From the NCBI GenBank assembly GCA_965198065.1, contig CBDAON010000004.1, forward strand, positions 2,144,001 to 2,208,000: a DNA stretch of 64,000 nucleotides, in the 5' to 3' direction. The first letter of the stretch is position 1, and the number at the start of each line of letters is the position of its first letter. This stretch comes from Longimicrobiales bacterium (GTDB lineage Bacteria > Gemmatimonadota > Gemmatimonadetes > Longimicrobiales > Gaopeijiaceae). This document shows positions 8,185-17,752 of this stretch, one piece after another. The notes beneath the pieces were generated by a model, which was not told the origin of the DNA, searched no databases, and was given only the letters and a program-made list of their open reading frames with translations. Made by a program: the position numbers and the translations under genes.

Positions 8185-10512
8185 ATGACCGGATCGCGCG
8201 CCCTCTTCCTCTCGCCTGCCGTCGTGCGGCTCCTCGCAGTGGCGGCGTGCGTCGCGGTATCGGCGTCCCTCCCGGCACGGGTCCACGCCCAGGTGGCTCC
8301 TACCGCGTCGGGGTCTCCCGATGCGCTCGCCTCGCTCCAGGGGACGGTCCGAGCCGAGGGGTACCGTGGGGACGGCGTGCTCGTCGGAGCGATTGTCGAG
8401 GTCCGGCAGGGAGGCCGCTTCCAACGCGCCGTCGTCGACTCCGCCGGGCGTTACCGCCTCACCGGCCTCCAGCCGGGGCGCGCGTCCCTCCGCGTTCTGC
8501 ACGTCGTGACCCATCCGCTGGACACCGAGGTCCTCCTCCCCAGCGGGGGCGAGCTCACGCTCGACCTCTTTCTGGGTCTCAGGGTCATTCACGTGCCTGG
8601 CGTTCGGGTGCGGGCCATGCCGGTGCTGAACGAACCGGTCGAGCTGCTGGCCCTCGCGGATTTGCGGACGGTCTCGCTCGCCATCCGGGCCCTCGAGGTC
8701 TCGTCCGGAATGACGGAGTCGGGGCTCGCCTCTGCCTTCCCGGGAGACGAGGGCGGCGAGCCCGAGCGCGTGCTCTATCTCAGGGGCTCGACCGTGGACG
8801 CCAGGCTCGTGCTCCTGGACGACGCCCCGATCCTCACCCCCTTCCACGTGGCCGGGCTCGTGGAGCCCTTCCAGTCTGAGCTCCTGGGGAACGCGAACCT
8901 CTACCTCGGCGGGGCGCCGTCACCTTACGAGGGAGGCATCTCGTATCTCCTGGACATGGATACGCGGGCGCCGCGCACCGACCGCGTGCGCGCAAGCGGC
9001 GCCGGCGTTTCCATCCGCGGATCCGCCGAGCTCCCACTTCCATTGGGGGGCGGGCTCCTGCTGGGCGGCCGGAGCCTTCACGGGCTCCAGGAGAGGCTTG
9101 GTGGAGCCCCCGGCTTACCGTACGACTACGAGGATCTGCTCGTGCGGGTGGGCTTCGGGTGGGGCGGTTCTCATGCCCTCCGGGCCACGGCGTTCACGAA
9201 CTCCGAGGCCGTGCGCCTGGACCTCGGCGACGCGGGAGGGGACGTGGGCGATGCCCGGTGGGGCAATCGGCTCGTCTCCGTGGGTTACTCCGGGGCCATC
9301 GGCCGGATCGGGCTCGAGGCGGTCGGAGCGAGCTCTCGTTACGGATCGAGCCTCCCGGTATCCTGGGAAGATCCCGTCTTGGCGCGCGGAGAGGCGGAGC
9401 GCGAGCGCTTCGGGGGACACATCGCGGCGCCCGCGGGCGTGGGCACCGTCCGGATCGGTGGGTCGTTGGAGCGGGTCCGTTTCGGCTACCGACTCGAGCC
9501 GCTCGGAGCGACGCTCACAACGACGGTCGGGGCCGGCGAGGAGGACCTCACCACGACGCTCTCCGGCGTCTTCGGCGAGTGGGAGGGCTCGCTCTCGGGC
9601 AGCGTCCACCTGCGAGCGGGGCTTCGCGGGGACCTTTTCGGTCACGAGGGCGACTTGCGTGTGGGGCCCCGCGTCCAGCTCCGACTTGCCTTGAGCGACC
9701 GGGCCGCGCTCGTGGGATCGGCCGGGCGCTACCATCAGGTCCTGCCCGCTCCCGGGCTCCGAAAGGAGGTGTCGGAGGGGGAGGCCTTCCCCGCCGCGCT
9801 CGGCTGGGAGCCCGGCCTCCCCGTGGTCTCCGCGACACACGTCCTGCTCGGGCTCGAGCAGGAGCTGGATCGGGGATTCCGGTTTGGCGTGTCCGGCTTC
9901 ATGAAGAGCTTCTCGGGGCTGGGGCCCGACGGGAGTCGGGGCCGCTCGTCGGGCACCGAGCTCAGGGTCAGCCACGCAGGAGAGCGGGTCGAGGCCTGGA
10001 TCGGCTACGCCCTCTCATGGTTCTGGACCGACGACGGGGTCGACGGCGCCACGCGGTTCCGCGGCCGTCACCTGGTCTCCATGGGGATCGACGGAAAGCT
10101 GCGGGGCATCGAGCTGAGAGGCGTCGTCGGGTACGGAGCCGGCATCCCGCTTTCCCCGGTGGAGATCGTGGGCGCCCCGGCTACCGGCGTGGATGGTCCA
10201 GGGGGCGGGACCACCACCCAGGGGCTCACCCCCTCGACGGAGACGCGGCTGAGTTACGGCGGGGGGGATACGCCCCTCGAGGTGGCCCCCCAGGACGACT
10301 TCCTTCGGCTAGACGTCGAGGCGGGCTGGCTCTTCCGGTTCGGGCTCCCCGGCGGCGGGCTTGTCGAGCTCCGGCCCTACGTGAAGGTCCTGAACGCCCT
10401 GGACCGTCGCGATGCGCTCTTCTACTATTTCGACCGGTGGCGTGACGACGGGCTCAGGCCGGTGACCACACGCCCCTTCTTACCGATCGCCGGCGTGGAG
10501 TGGAGGTTCTGA
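8185..10512 (+). CDS. TonB-dependent receptor-like outer membrane protein with N-terminal carboxypeptidase-regulatory-like domain
   Basis: Signal peptide (AHA/Q), DSAGRYRLTGL, plug-like YLRGS...LLDDAPI, NALDRR near the C-terminus, terminal GVEWRF. Confidence 0.8.
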   Translation: MTGSRALFLSPAVVRLLAVAACVAVSASLPARVHAQVAPTASGSPDALASLQGTVRAEGYRGDGVLVGAIVEVRQGGRFQRAVVDSAGRYRLTGLQPGRASLRVLHVVTHPLDTEVLLPSGGELTLDLFLGLRVIHVPGVRVRAMPVLNEPVELLALADLRTVSLAIRALEVSSGMTESGLASAFPGDEGGEPERVLYLRGSTVDARLVLLDDAPILTPFHVAGLVEPFQSELLGNANLYLGGAPSPYEGGISYLLDMDTRAPRTDRVRASGAGVSIRGSAELPLPLGGGLLLGGRSLHGLQERLGGAPGLPYDYEDLLVRVGFGWGGSHALRATAFTNSEAVRLDLGDAGGDVGDARWGNRLVSVGYSGAIGRIGLEAVGASSRYGSSLPVSWEDPVLARGEAERERFGGHIAAPAGVGTVRIGGSLERVRFGYRLEPLGATLTTTVGAGEEDLTTTLSGVFGEWEGSLSGSVHLRAGLRGDLFGHEGDLRVGPRVQLRLALSDRAALVGSAGRYHQVLPAPGLRKEVSEGEAFPAALGWEPGLPVVSATHVLLGLEQELDRGFRFGVSGFMKSFSGLGPDGSRGRSSGTELRVSHAGERVEAWIGYALSWFWTDDGVDGATRFRGRHLVSMGIDGKLRGIELRGVVGYGAGIPLSPVEIVGAPATGVDGPGGGTTTQGLTPSTETRLSYGGGDTPLEVAPQDDFLRLDVEAGWLFRFGLPGGGLVELRPYVKVLNALDRRDALFYYFDRWRDDGLRPVTTRPFLPIAGVEWRF

Positions 10513-10546
10513 CGCCGCGCTCCGCAACGCCGGGAGGTGCACCATC

Positions 10547-10873
10547 GTGGGGACGTTCGAGCTCGCGCTCGTCGGGGTGTTTGCCTTCCTGATCTTCCTG
10601 CGCGCGCTGGCCGTCGTCGTTGTCGCGTTCGCCGTCATCCGCCCCGTCCTCTCCTGCCCGGCCTGCTTCCTCCCGACGGTGCCCGTCCGGGTCCCCTGGC
10701 GGCTCCTGCTCCCCGCCTCGTTCGAGTGGAGGTGGTGCCCCGACTGCGGATGGCAGGGCCCGGGCAGACGTGAGCCGGGCAAGCCGGGGGCGCGCACGTC
10801 GCGGGCGCCGGGCGTCGCGTCTCCGACCCGGGAGGACCGGCGGAGCCGCCCACGCGAGCGGGGCGCGGAGTGA
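10547..10873 (+). CDS. Small membrane protein with CxxC...CxxC zinc ribbon
   Basis: Hydrophobic N-terminus, then CPAC and CPDC; stop overlaps the next gene (GTGA). Confidence 0.6.
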   Translation: MGTFELALVGVFAFLIFLRALAVVVVAFAVIRPVLSCPACFLPTVPVRVPWRLLLPASFEWRWCPDCGWQGPGRREPGKPGARTSRAPGVASPTREDRRSRPRERGAE

Positions 10874-11532
10874 CGGGTCCTGCCGAGGCTGCCCCGAAGT
10901 GGCTGATCGGCATCATCGCAGGGGTCGTCGTCGCGGGGGCGGTCGCGTACGTCTCCCTCACACTCCGCCGCCCCGAGCCCCCCACGTATCCGCCGTCCAG
11001 CCCCGAGCCCCGCCCTGCGGGAGGCCGGCTCGTGGGCCCGATCCTTTACACCGTAGACGCGCGCGACCCGAGCGCCTGGCAGTTCTTCTCGTTCTCACAC
11101 GGCTCCGTCGTGGTTGACCCGCGACCCTTCGACTGGGACCTGGCCTTCCGCCGCTTCGAGGTCATCGTGAACGGCGGCGAGGAGTTCCCGGGGATGGGGG
11201 GCGTGATGGCCGTGGAGGGCCCCGAGCTCGACTCCGTCGCCTTGGTGCCCGAGGACGGCTACTTCGGGACCGAGGTGATTGTGGGAGACTCGCTCGTGGC
11301 CTCGCTGGACGACTGGTACAACTACTCCATGCTGACCCACCTCCTCAGCGCGCGTCCACGAACCTTCCTGATCCGGACGGCGGACGGACGCTACGCGAAG
11401 CTCCGCTTCGAGTCCTATTACTGCCCGGGCGCGCAGCCGGGATGCGTCACGTTCGAGTACTGGTACCAGGGGGCCGGGGGAAGGGACTTCCGGTCGGATA
11501 CGGGGGCTCGAGAGGGGTCCGTCCGGCCCTGA
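10870..11532 (+). CDS. HmuY-family heme-binding protein
   Basis: WQFFSF, WDLAFRR, WYNY, FLIRTADGRYAKLRFESYY motifs typical of the HmuY family; N-terminal TM anchor. Confidence 0.82.
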   Translation: MTGPAEAAPKWLIGIIAGVVVAGAVAYVSLTLRRPEPPTYPPSSPEPRPAGGRLVGPILYTVDARDPSAWQFFSFSHGSVVVDPRPFDWDLAFRRFEVIVNGGEEFPGMGGVMAVEGPELDSVALVPEDGYFGTEVIVGDSLVASLDDWYNYSMLTHLLSARPRTFLIRTADGRYAKLRFESYYCPGAQPGCVTFEYWYQGAGGRDFRSDTGAREGSVRP

Positions 11533-11621
11533 TGCGAGGGACGGGATAGTGGGTCGGAATGACCCACGACGAGGGGTGGGGCGCGGTGGCCGCTCATGAA
11601 GCGAGGGTCTATGTTCTCGGC

Positions 11622-12950
11622 ATGTCCGAGCCCGAGATGACGCCCGCGGACCGCGATCCGGCCGAGGGGCAGGGGACGTACGTGCCGTCGGGGCTCGCGG
11701 CCAGCATCCGCTCGCTATTCGACGAGAGTCCCGTGACGGAACGACAGGCCGCAGTGGCTGCGGCCCGGGACCGGTTCACCACCCGTGTGTCAGGCTACCT
11801 CCGCGCCGGGGAGGAGGAGCGTCAGTCGCTCGTACCGGGGATCCTGGAGGACGCGAAGCTCCTCCGGGGCCCGGACGACCTCCGAGCCGTGGGGGACGCC
11901 GTCATCGCCCTGGTCCGGATCGAGGAGGACGGCGAGAACGCGTCCGCGATCGCGCTGGCGAGCGAGCTTCTCGACTCCCAGGTGACGACAAGCTTTGCGG
12001 CCCGGCTGGGGATCGAGAAGAATCCCGAGGTGCGGCAGCCCCTCATGGCCGTGTGCCTTCGGCTGCCCTCCCTCCTCGCGCCCGCGCTCACCGGCATCCT
12101 GGCGGAGGCGCCGGACCGCGGCGCACGGAGGGCCCTGATGGACGTCATCGCGAACATGGGCGAGTACGGGCACACCGCCGGACTCGAGCTCCTCGAGGAT
12201 CCCCGCTGGTACACTGTAAGGAATGGCGTCATTCTCCTGGCCGAAATCGGGGACGCCGACACCGTGCAGGCCCTCACGACACCTCTTGCCAACGAAGATG
12301 CGCGCGTGCGCCGCGAGACGGTGATCGCCCTCGCAAAGCTCGGGGGAGAGGACGCCGGGCTCCTCATCCTGGGCATGCTGGGCGACGCGAGCCCGGACGT
12401 GCGGTCCGCGGCGGCCATGGGGATCGGAGAGCTCAAGGTCATGAAGGGAGAGAAGCCGCTCCTGGAGCTCCTGGCCGAGGAGGAGAACGAGGAGGTACTC
12501 GTCCAGGTGATCCTCGCCCTGGGGCAGCTCGGAGACCCCGGGGCCGTGTCCGCGCTGGAGAAGCGAGCCACCGGAACCCTATTCTCGCGCCCGCCCCGCC
12601 CCGTGCGAATCGCCGCGTACCGGGCCCTCGCGGCCATCGGAACGCCCCACGCACGCTCCGTCCTCGAGGCGGGTGCTGAGGACAAGGATTCCGAGGTTCG
12701 CCAAGCGGTGGAAGGAGTGCTGAAGAGCTTCCCGCGGGCCACGGCACCTGCGAAGGCCGAGGACGGCGGCGAGTCCACGAAGGCCGGGGACGACGAGGCG
12801 GCTACCAAGGCCGGGGACGGGGTCGGGTCGGCGGGCGCCGCGGACCACGGCGAGCCCACCAAGGCCGGGGACGACGACGGGAGCGACGGCGAGGCTGAGG
12901 ACGGGGTCGAGGCGCGGACCACGGGTGTCCCGGGGAAGGAGTCGGCCTAG
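11622..12950 (+). CDS. HEAT-repeat (PBS lyase-like) protein with acidic repetitive tail
   Basis: DPRWYTVRN, DARVRRETVIALAKLG, DVRSAAAMGIG repeats. Start placed at the ATG 6 nt after TATGTT; the ORF is open from 11559. Confidence 0.82.
   Translation: MSEPEMTPADRDPAEGQGTYVPSGLAASIRSLFDESPVTERQAAVAAARDRFTTRVSGYLRAGEEERQSLVPGILEDAKLLRGPDDLRAVGDAVIALVRIEEDGENASAIALASELLDSQVTTSFAARLGIEKNPEVRQPLMAVCLRLPSLLAPALTGILAEAPDRGARRALMDVIANMGEYGHTAGLELLEDPRWYTVRNGVILLAEIGDADTVQALTTPLANEDARVRRETVIALAKLGGEDAGLLILGMLGDASPDVRSAAAMGIGELKVMKGEKPLLELLAEEENEEVLVQVILALGQLGDPGAVSALEKRATGTLFSRPPRPVRIAAYRALAAIGTPHARSVLEAGAEDKDSEVRQAVEGVLKSFPRATAPAKAEDGGESTKAGDDEAATKAGDGVGSAGAADHGEPTKAGDDDGSDGEAEDGVEARTTGVPGKESA
12750..12911 (+). 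repeat. Degenerate 27-nt coding tandem repeat (about 6 x 9 aa)
   Basis: AAGGCCG(A/G)GGACG starts at 12753, 12780, 12807 and 12861 (period 27); AKAEDGGES/TKAGDDEAA/TKAGDGVGS/AGAADHGEP/TKAGDDDGS. Confidence 0.75.
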
Positions 12951-12973
12951 CGGAGCGGACCCCGCGGCGCGTC

Positions 12974-14080
12974 CTAGGCCATCTCGAAGATCTTCCGCAG
13001 GGCCTCGACGAAGCGTACTCCTTCCCGGGCGCGGGAGAGCGGTCCTCCCGCGGCTTCTCCCCCCGAGTGAGCGAAGAGGGCGGTGACCCGGGTGGTCAGG
13101 TCCGCGGTCCCGGGCCCGAGCATCCGGCCGGCGCGGAGCGTTTCGGTGAAGGGGATGAGCCGGTCTCCGCGGCCGTGGAGGAGCCTCACGGGCACGCCGA
13201 TCCCGCGGATCCGCGGCAGGGGCTCGATCAGCGGGGTGTCCAGGCGGACGGCCGCCACCATCTCCTCCAACACGGCCTCCGCGGCGGCCCGGTCGGGCTC
13301 CTTGCCGGCCGCTGGGGCGAAGATGTCGAAGAGTTCGCGCTCGGCCGGGGGAAGGCCGCGTCGGAGCTCTTCCTTCATGGGGTCGAAGACCGGATTGCCC
13401 GCCCGGATCCGTCGGTCTCCCGCCTCCCTCGCGAGCGCATGGAGCGCTTCGACGACTCCGGCATGGCTGTTCCCGGACCCCACGCTCCCGAGGCAGTTCG
13501 CGCCTACGATCCAGCGGCCGTACGGATCGGGTGTCGCCCGGTAGAGCGTGCCCTCCCATTCGTGCTCGCCCGTGAGCGAGAAGCGGAAGGTCCGCTCGAC
13601 GTCCGCGTAGCCTCCCCAGGCCACGACTCCACGCAGGCTACGCGCGAGAGCGGGATCCGACGCGCTGAGGAGGGCCTGCGGGGCCCCGAACGAAAAGCCC
13701 ACGAGCACGACCCCCCCGGGGGCGGATCCTTCCTGCTCGGAGAGCCACGTGATCGAGGCGCGCACGACGGTCTGGGCGCGCTCGGGCGCGAAGCGAAGCT
13801 CGGTCCATTCCCGAACCTCCGGCACGAGCACTCGTGCGCCCGTCGAGGCGACGGCGCGCACGAACCGCACCAGCTCGGGGTGTGCGCGTCCCGGTCGGGT
13901 CATGCCGTGAAGGACGATCCAGCCCCGCCGCTCGCGGGACCCTCCGCCTGAAACCATGGTACCGGGGACGGGGGCACCGCTCGGCGGGATCGGGACGCGC
14001 ACCTCCCGATCAATCAGTTGGGAAGGCGGGGAGACCCAGGACCGCGCGAAACGGAGGGCGGGGGAGAGTCCGGTCCACAT
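12974..14080 (-). CDS. Alpha/beta-hydrolase-fold protein
   Basis: LHGMT oxyanion-like motif, GFSFG nucleophile elbow, LLHGRGDRLIP. Confidence 0.7.
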   Translation of the reverse strand: MWTGLSPALRFARSWVSPPSQLIDREVRVPIPPSGAPVPGTMVSGGGSRERRGWIVLHGMTRPGRAHPELVRFVRAVASTGARVLVPEVREWTELRFAPERAQTVVRASITWLSEQEGSAPGGVVLVGFSFGAPQALLSASDPALARSLRGVVAWGGYADVERTFRFSLTGEHEWEGTLYRATPDPYGRWIVGANCLGSVGSGNSHAGVVEALHALAREAGDRRIRAGNPVFDPMKEELRRGLPPAERELFDIFAPAAGKEPDRAAAEAVLEEMVAAVRLDTPLIEPLPRIRGIGVPVRLLHGRGDRLIPFTETLRAGRMLGPGTADLTTRVTALFAHSGGEAAGGPLSRAREGVRFVEALRKIFEMA

Positions 14081-14216
14081 CCGGGGGAGTCTAGGAGTCG
14101 GGTGTGGGAGGAAGCCAGGCCGCCGTGCGCCCGAGGGCCTTCCGCGACCACAGACGCGAGCATATCCATGGCGGGTCCCGACACTTGAACTCGCCGTGTC
14201 ACGACCGTGGAGCTTG

Positions 14217-16526
14217 ATGACCGAACAGCGACCGCCCTACGGGCATGCTGTGGCCGCCTCGACCGGCGCATTCGCGCTGTACGTCACGACGCTGGCGCCC
14301 ACCACCTGGTTCTGGGACACGAGCGAGTACATCGCCACGGCGTACATCCTCGGGATCCCGCACCCACCCGGAAGCCCGCTGTTCGTGATCCTCGCGAAGG
14401 TGTGGACTCTGCTCCTGGCGCCCACGGGTCTCTCCGTCGCCGTGCGCGTGAATCTCCTGGCCGCGATCACGTCGGCTGCGGCGACCGGCTTCTTCTTTCT
14501 GGTGGCGCACCGGGTCCTGCTCGGTTGGCTTGCTCGCGCGGGCGCCGGCCCGAGCCCCGGCACCGGCGCGGGGGAGGGCGCGCCCGGCTCTAGCTCGTGG
14601 TCACTGGGGCCCGGGGCCCTGGCCCTGGTCGGCGCGTGGTGCGGGGCCGTCCTTGGCGCGACCGCATTCACGGTCTGGAATCAGTCGAACGTGAACGAGA
14701 AGGTTTACACGGTCAGCATGCTCGTCATCGGGTGCGTGTCGTGGCTGGCGATGCTCTGGTGCCATCGGAAGGAAGAGCCGGGCAGCTGGCGGCTGCTCGT
14801 GCTGGCGCTGTACCTGATGGTACTCGGCTCCACGAACCACCTCATGTCCCTCCTGCCGGCGCCGGCGCTCCTCGCGCTCGTGCTGGTCGAGAAGCCAGGG
14901 ATCTTGCTGAACAGGAACCTCCTCCTCCGCGGCGTGACGGCCGCCGTGATCGGCGTCTCGGTCAACTTCACGCTCCCGGTCCGGGCGGCCCAGCAACCGC
15001 GGATCAACGAGGGGGAGCCCGTCTGCGACTCGGTGACTTCCGCGGCGGTCGCGGTCTACTCACAGGGGAACGCCGGCTGCCCCGCCCTGGCCGCGGACCT
15101 GACCCGCGACCAGTACGGAAAGCCGCCGATCTGGAGCGACCCGACGGTCGAGCCGACCTCGCTCAGCTTGGAGCGCCCGCCGCGACCGCTCCGGCTCTTC
15201 GCGCATCAGCTGCTCAACTATTTCCAGTACTTCGACTGGCAGTGGGCCCGTGGGCTCTCGGATTCGGAGCTTCCCGGGAACCGCCGGCTGCCCTTCACCT
15301 TCCTGTTCCTGGGGCTCGGCGTCTGGGGGGTCGTCATCGCTCGCACCTCGAGGCCCGGTCATCTGGCGTACCTCGGCGTGCTCGCGCTCACGGTCACGGC
15401 GGGGCTCGTGGTCTATCTGAACTTCCGGTACGGGTTTTCGCTCGGCCCGGATGGCCTCCAGCCCACCGAGCGCGAGGTCCGGGAACGCGATTACTTCTTC
15501 GTGGCTTCGTTCCACCTCTGGGGCTTCCTCGCGGGAATGGGGCTCCTCGCGGGGTGGAGGTGGGCGGCCGGGGGCCACTTCGTGCCGAGGGGGCTCGCGC
15601 TCGCTTCGCCAGTGCTGCTGGTGGCCCTGGTGCCCCTCGTCCTCAACTGGTCCTGGGCCACCCGTCGCGGGGATCACTCCGCGCGCGACTGGGCCTTCAA
15701 CATGCTCCAGAGCGTCGAGCCGTACGGCGTTCTCTTTACCAACGGGGACAACGACACGTTTCCGCTCTGGTACCTTCAGGAAGTCGAGGCGATCAGACAG
15801 GACGTGACGGTCATCGTCGGCCAGTACCTCTACACAGACTGGTATCCGAAGCAGCTCAAGTACCACACCTCACCAGGGCGCCAGCGGCCCTTCGTGGACC
15901 GGGAGGGGATCGGGCTATACCCGGAGCCTCGGTCCGTGCCGACTCGGCCGATCACCGCGGTGGCCGACGAGGATCTCGATCGTGTCGAATCCGTGATCAT
16001 CGCGCAGGAGCAGAACGTGGAGCTGGCCACGGCGGAAGACTCGGTGGTGATCCAATATCCAGCGGGTAGCCAGCTCCTGAGGGGGAGTCAGATTGCCCTG
16101 GCGATCATCCGGGACTCGCTCGCGGAGCGGCCGATTCACTTCGCCAGCACCGGCGGCATGGCGCAGGAGCTCGGGCTCGAAGGGCTTACCGTGCGTCAGG
16201 GGCTCACCTCGAAGCTCAGGCTCGACGACCTCGAGGAGGATCCGTCGCTCGTACGGGTGTCCGAGACCACAGCCGGAGAGTGGCTCGATTTCGAGCGATC
16301 CATCGTCCTCGCCGAGGATGTGTTTCAGTACCGAGGGCTCGAGGATCGAGCGATCTGGACGGACCGGGCGTCCCTGAACATCCCGATCCACTTCTACGTG
16401 CTGTACGTGCAGCTCGCGGAGGGAGCGATCCGAATGGGGCGCGACGAGGCCTTCGCCGAGACCCTGATGAATCGGGCCGATCGCTTCTACGTCACCTCAC
16501 GGGGAGGATCCCTGACCCTCCCCTAG
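14217..16526 (+). CDS. DUF2723 / TMEM260-like GT-C membrane glycosyltransferase
   Basis: TLAPTTWFWDTSEYIA, GIPHPPGSPLF, EVRERDYFF, LFTNGDNDTFPLWYLQEVE. Confidence 0.88.
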   Translation: MTEQRPPYGHAVAASTGAFALYVTTLAPTTWFWDTSEYIATAYILGIPHPPGSPLFVILAKVWTLLLAPTGLSVAVRVNLLAAITSAAATGFFFLVAHRVLLGWLARAGAGPSPGTGAGEGAPGSSSWSLGPGALALVGAWCGAVLGATAFTVWNQSNVNEKVYTVSMLVIGCVSWLAMLWCHRKEEPGSWRLLVLALYLMVLGSTNHLMSLLPAPALLALVLVEKPGILLNRNLLLRGVTAAVIGVSVNFTLPVRAAQQPRINEGEPVCDSVTSAAVAVYSQGNAGCPALAADLTRDQYGKPPIWSDPTVEPTSLSLERPPRPLRLFAHQLLNYFQYFDWQWARGLSDSELPGNRRLPFTFLFLGLGVWGVVIARTSRPGHLAYLGVLALTVTAGLVVYLNFRYGFSLGPDGLQPTEREVRERDYFFVASFHLWGFLAGMGLLAGWRWAAGGHFVPRGLALASPVLLVALVPLVLNWSWATRRGDHSARDWAFNMLQSVEPYGVLFTNGDNDTFPLWYLQEVEAIRQDVTVIVGQYLYTDWYPKQLKYHTSPGRQRPFVDREGIGLYPEPRSVPTRPITAVADEDLDRVESVIIAQEQNVELATAEDSVVIQYPAGSQLLRGSQIALAIIRDSLAERPIHFASTGGMAQELGLEGLTVRQGLTSKLRLDDLEEDPSLVRVSETTAGEWLDFERSIVLAEDVFQYRGLEDRAIWTDRASLNIPIHFYVLYVQLAEGAIRMGRDEAFAETLMNRADRFYVTSRGGSLTLP

Positions 16527-16582
16527 GGGACCCGTTGCAAGTATATTCGCCCCCTTTCTTCCCCCGTGGTCGGAGGGACCGA

Positions 16583-17605
16583 ATGCGGGCCACGTGGATG
16601 TTCGTGCTCGGGCCTGTCGTGGCTCTCGTCCCGTCGAGCGGGCGGGCCCAGGAGCCCGGCGCCGTCGAGGTGGGCCTGATTGGGCGGCACAACGTGTACG
16701 ACATCGAGGTGGGCGTCGATAGCTCGCCGGGGATCGGTGCGCTCCTCGGGGTCTTCATCCGGTCCAATCTCGCGCTGGAGGTCGAGGGCTCGTACGCCGT
16801 GCCGGGCGTAACCGACCCGACCGACCCCGACGGACCCACGTCCATTGCGCACGGTCTCTACCAGGCGCGGATCGTCTTCACGCACCGGCTGGGCGACCGT
16901 GCCGGTCTGCTCCTGGGCGGTGGATACGCGTACGATCACTACACACGGGAGCGGGACGTCGCGGCCCGCGGAGGGGGCGTGGCCGGGATGATCGGCCTCC
17001 GCTACCGGTTCTCCGACCGCGTCTCCACTCGGTTCCAGGGTGGGGGCTACCTGATCTCGGGAGACGAGGACGCGCTCCCCATTCCGCGGGCCCAGGCTTT
17101 GAACCTGGGAGTCGAGCTGGGCGTGAGCCTCACCTTCAGGGCGCCCGAAGAACGGCTCGTCCTCCTGCCGGCCCCCCCGCCCGACACGGTGATCGTGAGC
17201 CGAACCGCGGAGGCCCCCCTCCCCCAGGGTGCCCCGGAGACGCTCTGCCTCGCGACCGGGGAGGCCGTGACCGTCTACCTCTCCCCGGACGGGGACACCC
17301 TCGTTGGAGACCGGAGGATCGCAGTGTCTTCCCTTCGTCCGACCGTGACGTTCGCCGGGAGCTACGCGCTGGAGCGAGACTGGTACGCCTCGGGCGAACC
17401 CTTGACCTTCGAGGAGAGCGAGTACCGGCCCTCCGGGGCCGAGACGGCGCTGACCTGCGCCGACATCCTTCGCGTGGGCGAGCATCGGGGAGTTTCCCTG
17501 TTCGTGCGCCGCGCCGCTCCCCCGCCGTTCACGACCCTGTGGGTTCCCGTGCGTCCCGGTGCGTGGCATGAGTATCGGTCCAATCCGGACCTTACGCGGG
17601 ATTAG
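16583..17605 (+). CDS. Outer membrane beta-barrel protein (OmpA-like N-domain) with Pro-rich linker and C-terminal domain of unknown function
   Basis: Signal peptide (GRA/Q), alternating amphipathic strands, PAPPPDTV linker, two Cys in the C-domain. Confidence 0.68.
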   Translation: MRATWMFVLGPVVALVPSSGRAQEPGAVEVGLIGRHNVYDIEVGVDSSPGIGALLGVFIRSNLALEVEGSYAVPGVTDPTDPDGPTSIAHGLYQARIVFTHRLGDRAGLLLGGGYAYDHYTRERDVAARGGGVAGMIGLRYRFSDRVSTRFQGGGYLISGDEDALPIPRAQALNLGVELGVSLTFRAPEERLVLLPAPPPDTVIVSRTAEAPLPQGAPETLCLATGEAVTVYLSPDGDTLVGDRRIAVSSLRPTVTFAGSYALERDWYASGEPLTFEESEYRPSGAETALTCADILRVGEHRGVSLFVRRAAPPPFTTLWVPVRPGAWHEYRSNPDLTRD

Positions 17606-17692
17606 CGGGCGCGCGGCCGGCCTGCCCTCGGAAAACTGATTGCCGGGCAGGGAATCCTGAGGAAAGACTCAGGGATCCGCCTGTGGATATCT

Positions 17693-17752
17693 AATCAAGT
17701 CGTTGTATGACACTGGCTTAGTCAACGTGAGATTCGTGGCACCAGAGTTGCA
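17693..17752 (+). promoter_or_regulatory. Sigma54 (-24/-12) promoter with upstream IHF site
   Basis: TGGCAC-CAGAG-TTGCA at 17737-17752 matches TGGCAC-N5-TTGCW; AATCAAGTCGTTG at 17693-17705 matches WATCAANNNNTTR. Confidence 0.78.

Noticed and set aside
12750..12911. CRISPR-like array from periodic repeats (also 59286-59381 and 62608-62675)
   Set aside because: The repeats are degenerate, mostly in-frame coding, lack unique spacers, and no cas genes are present.
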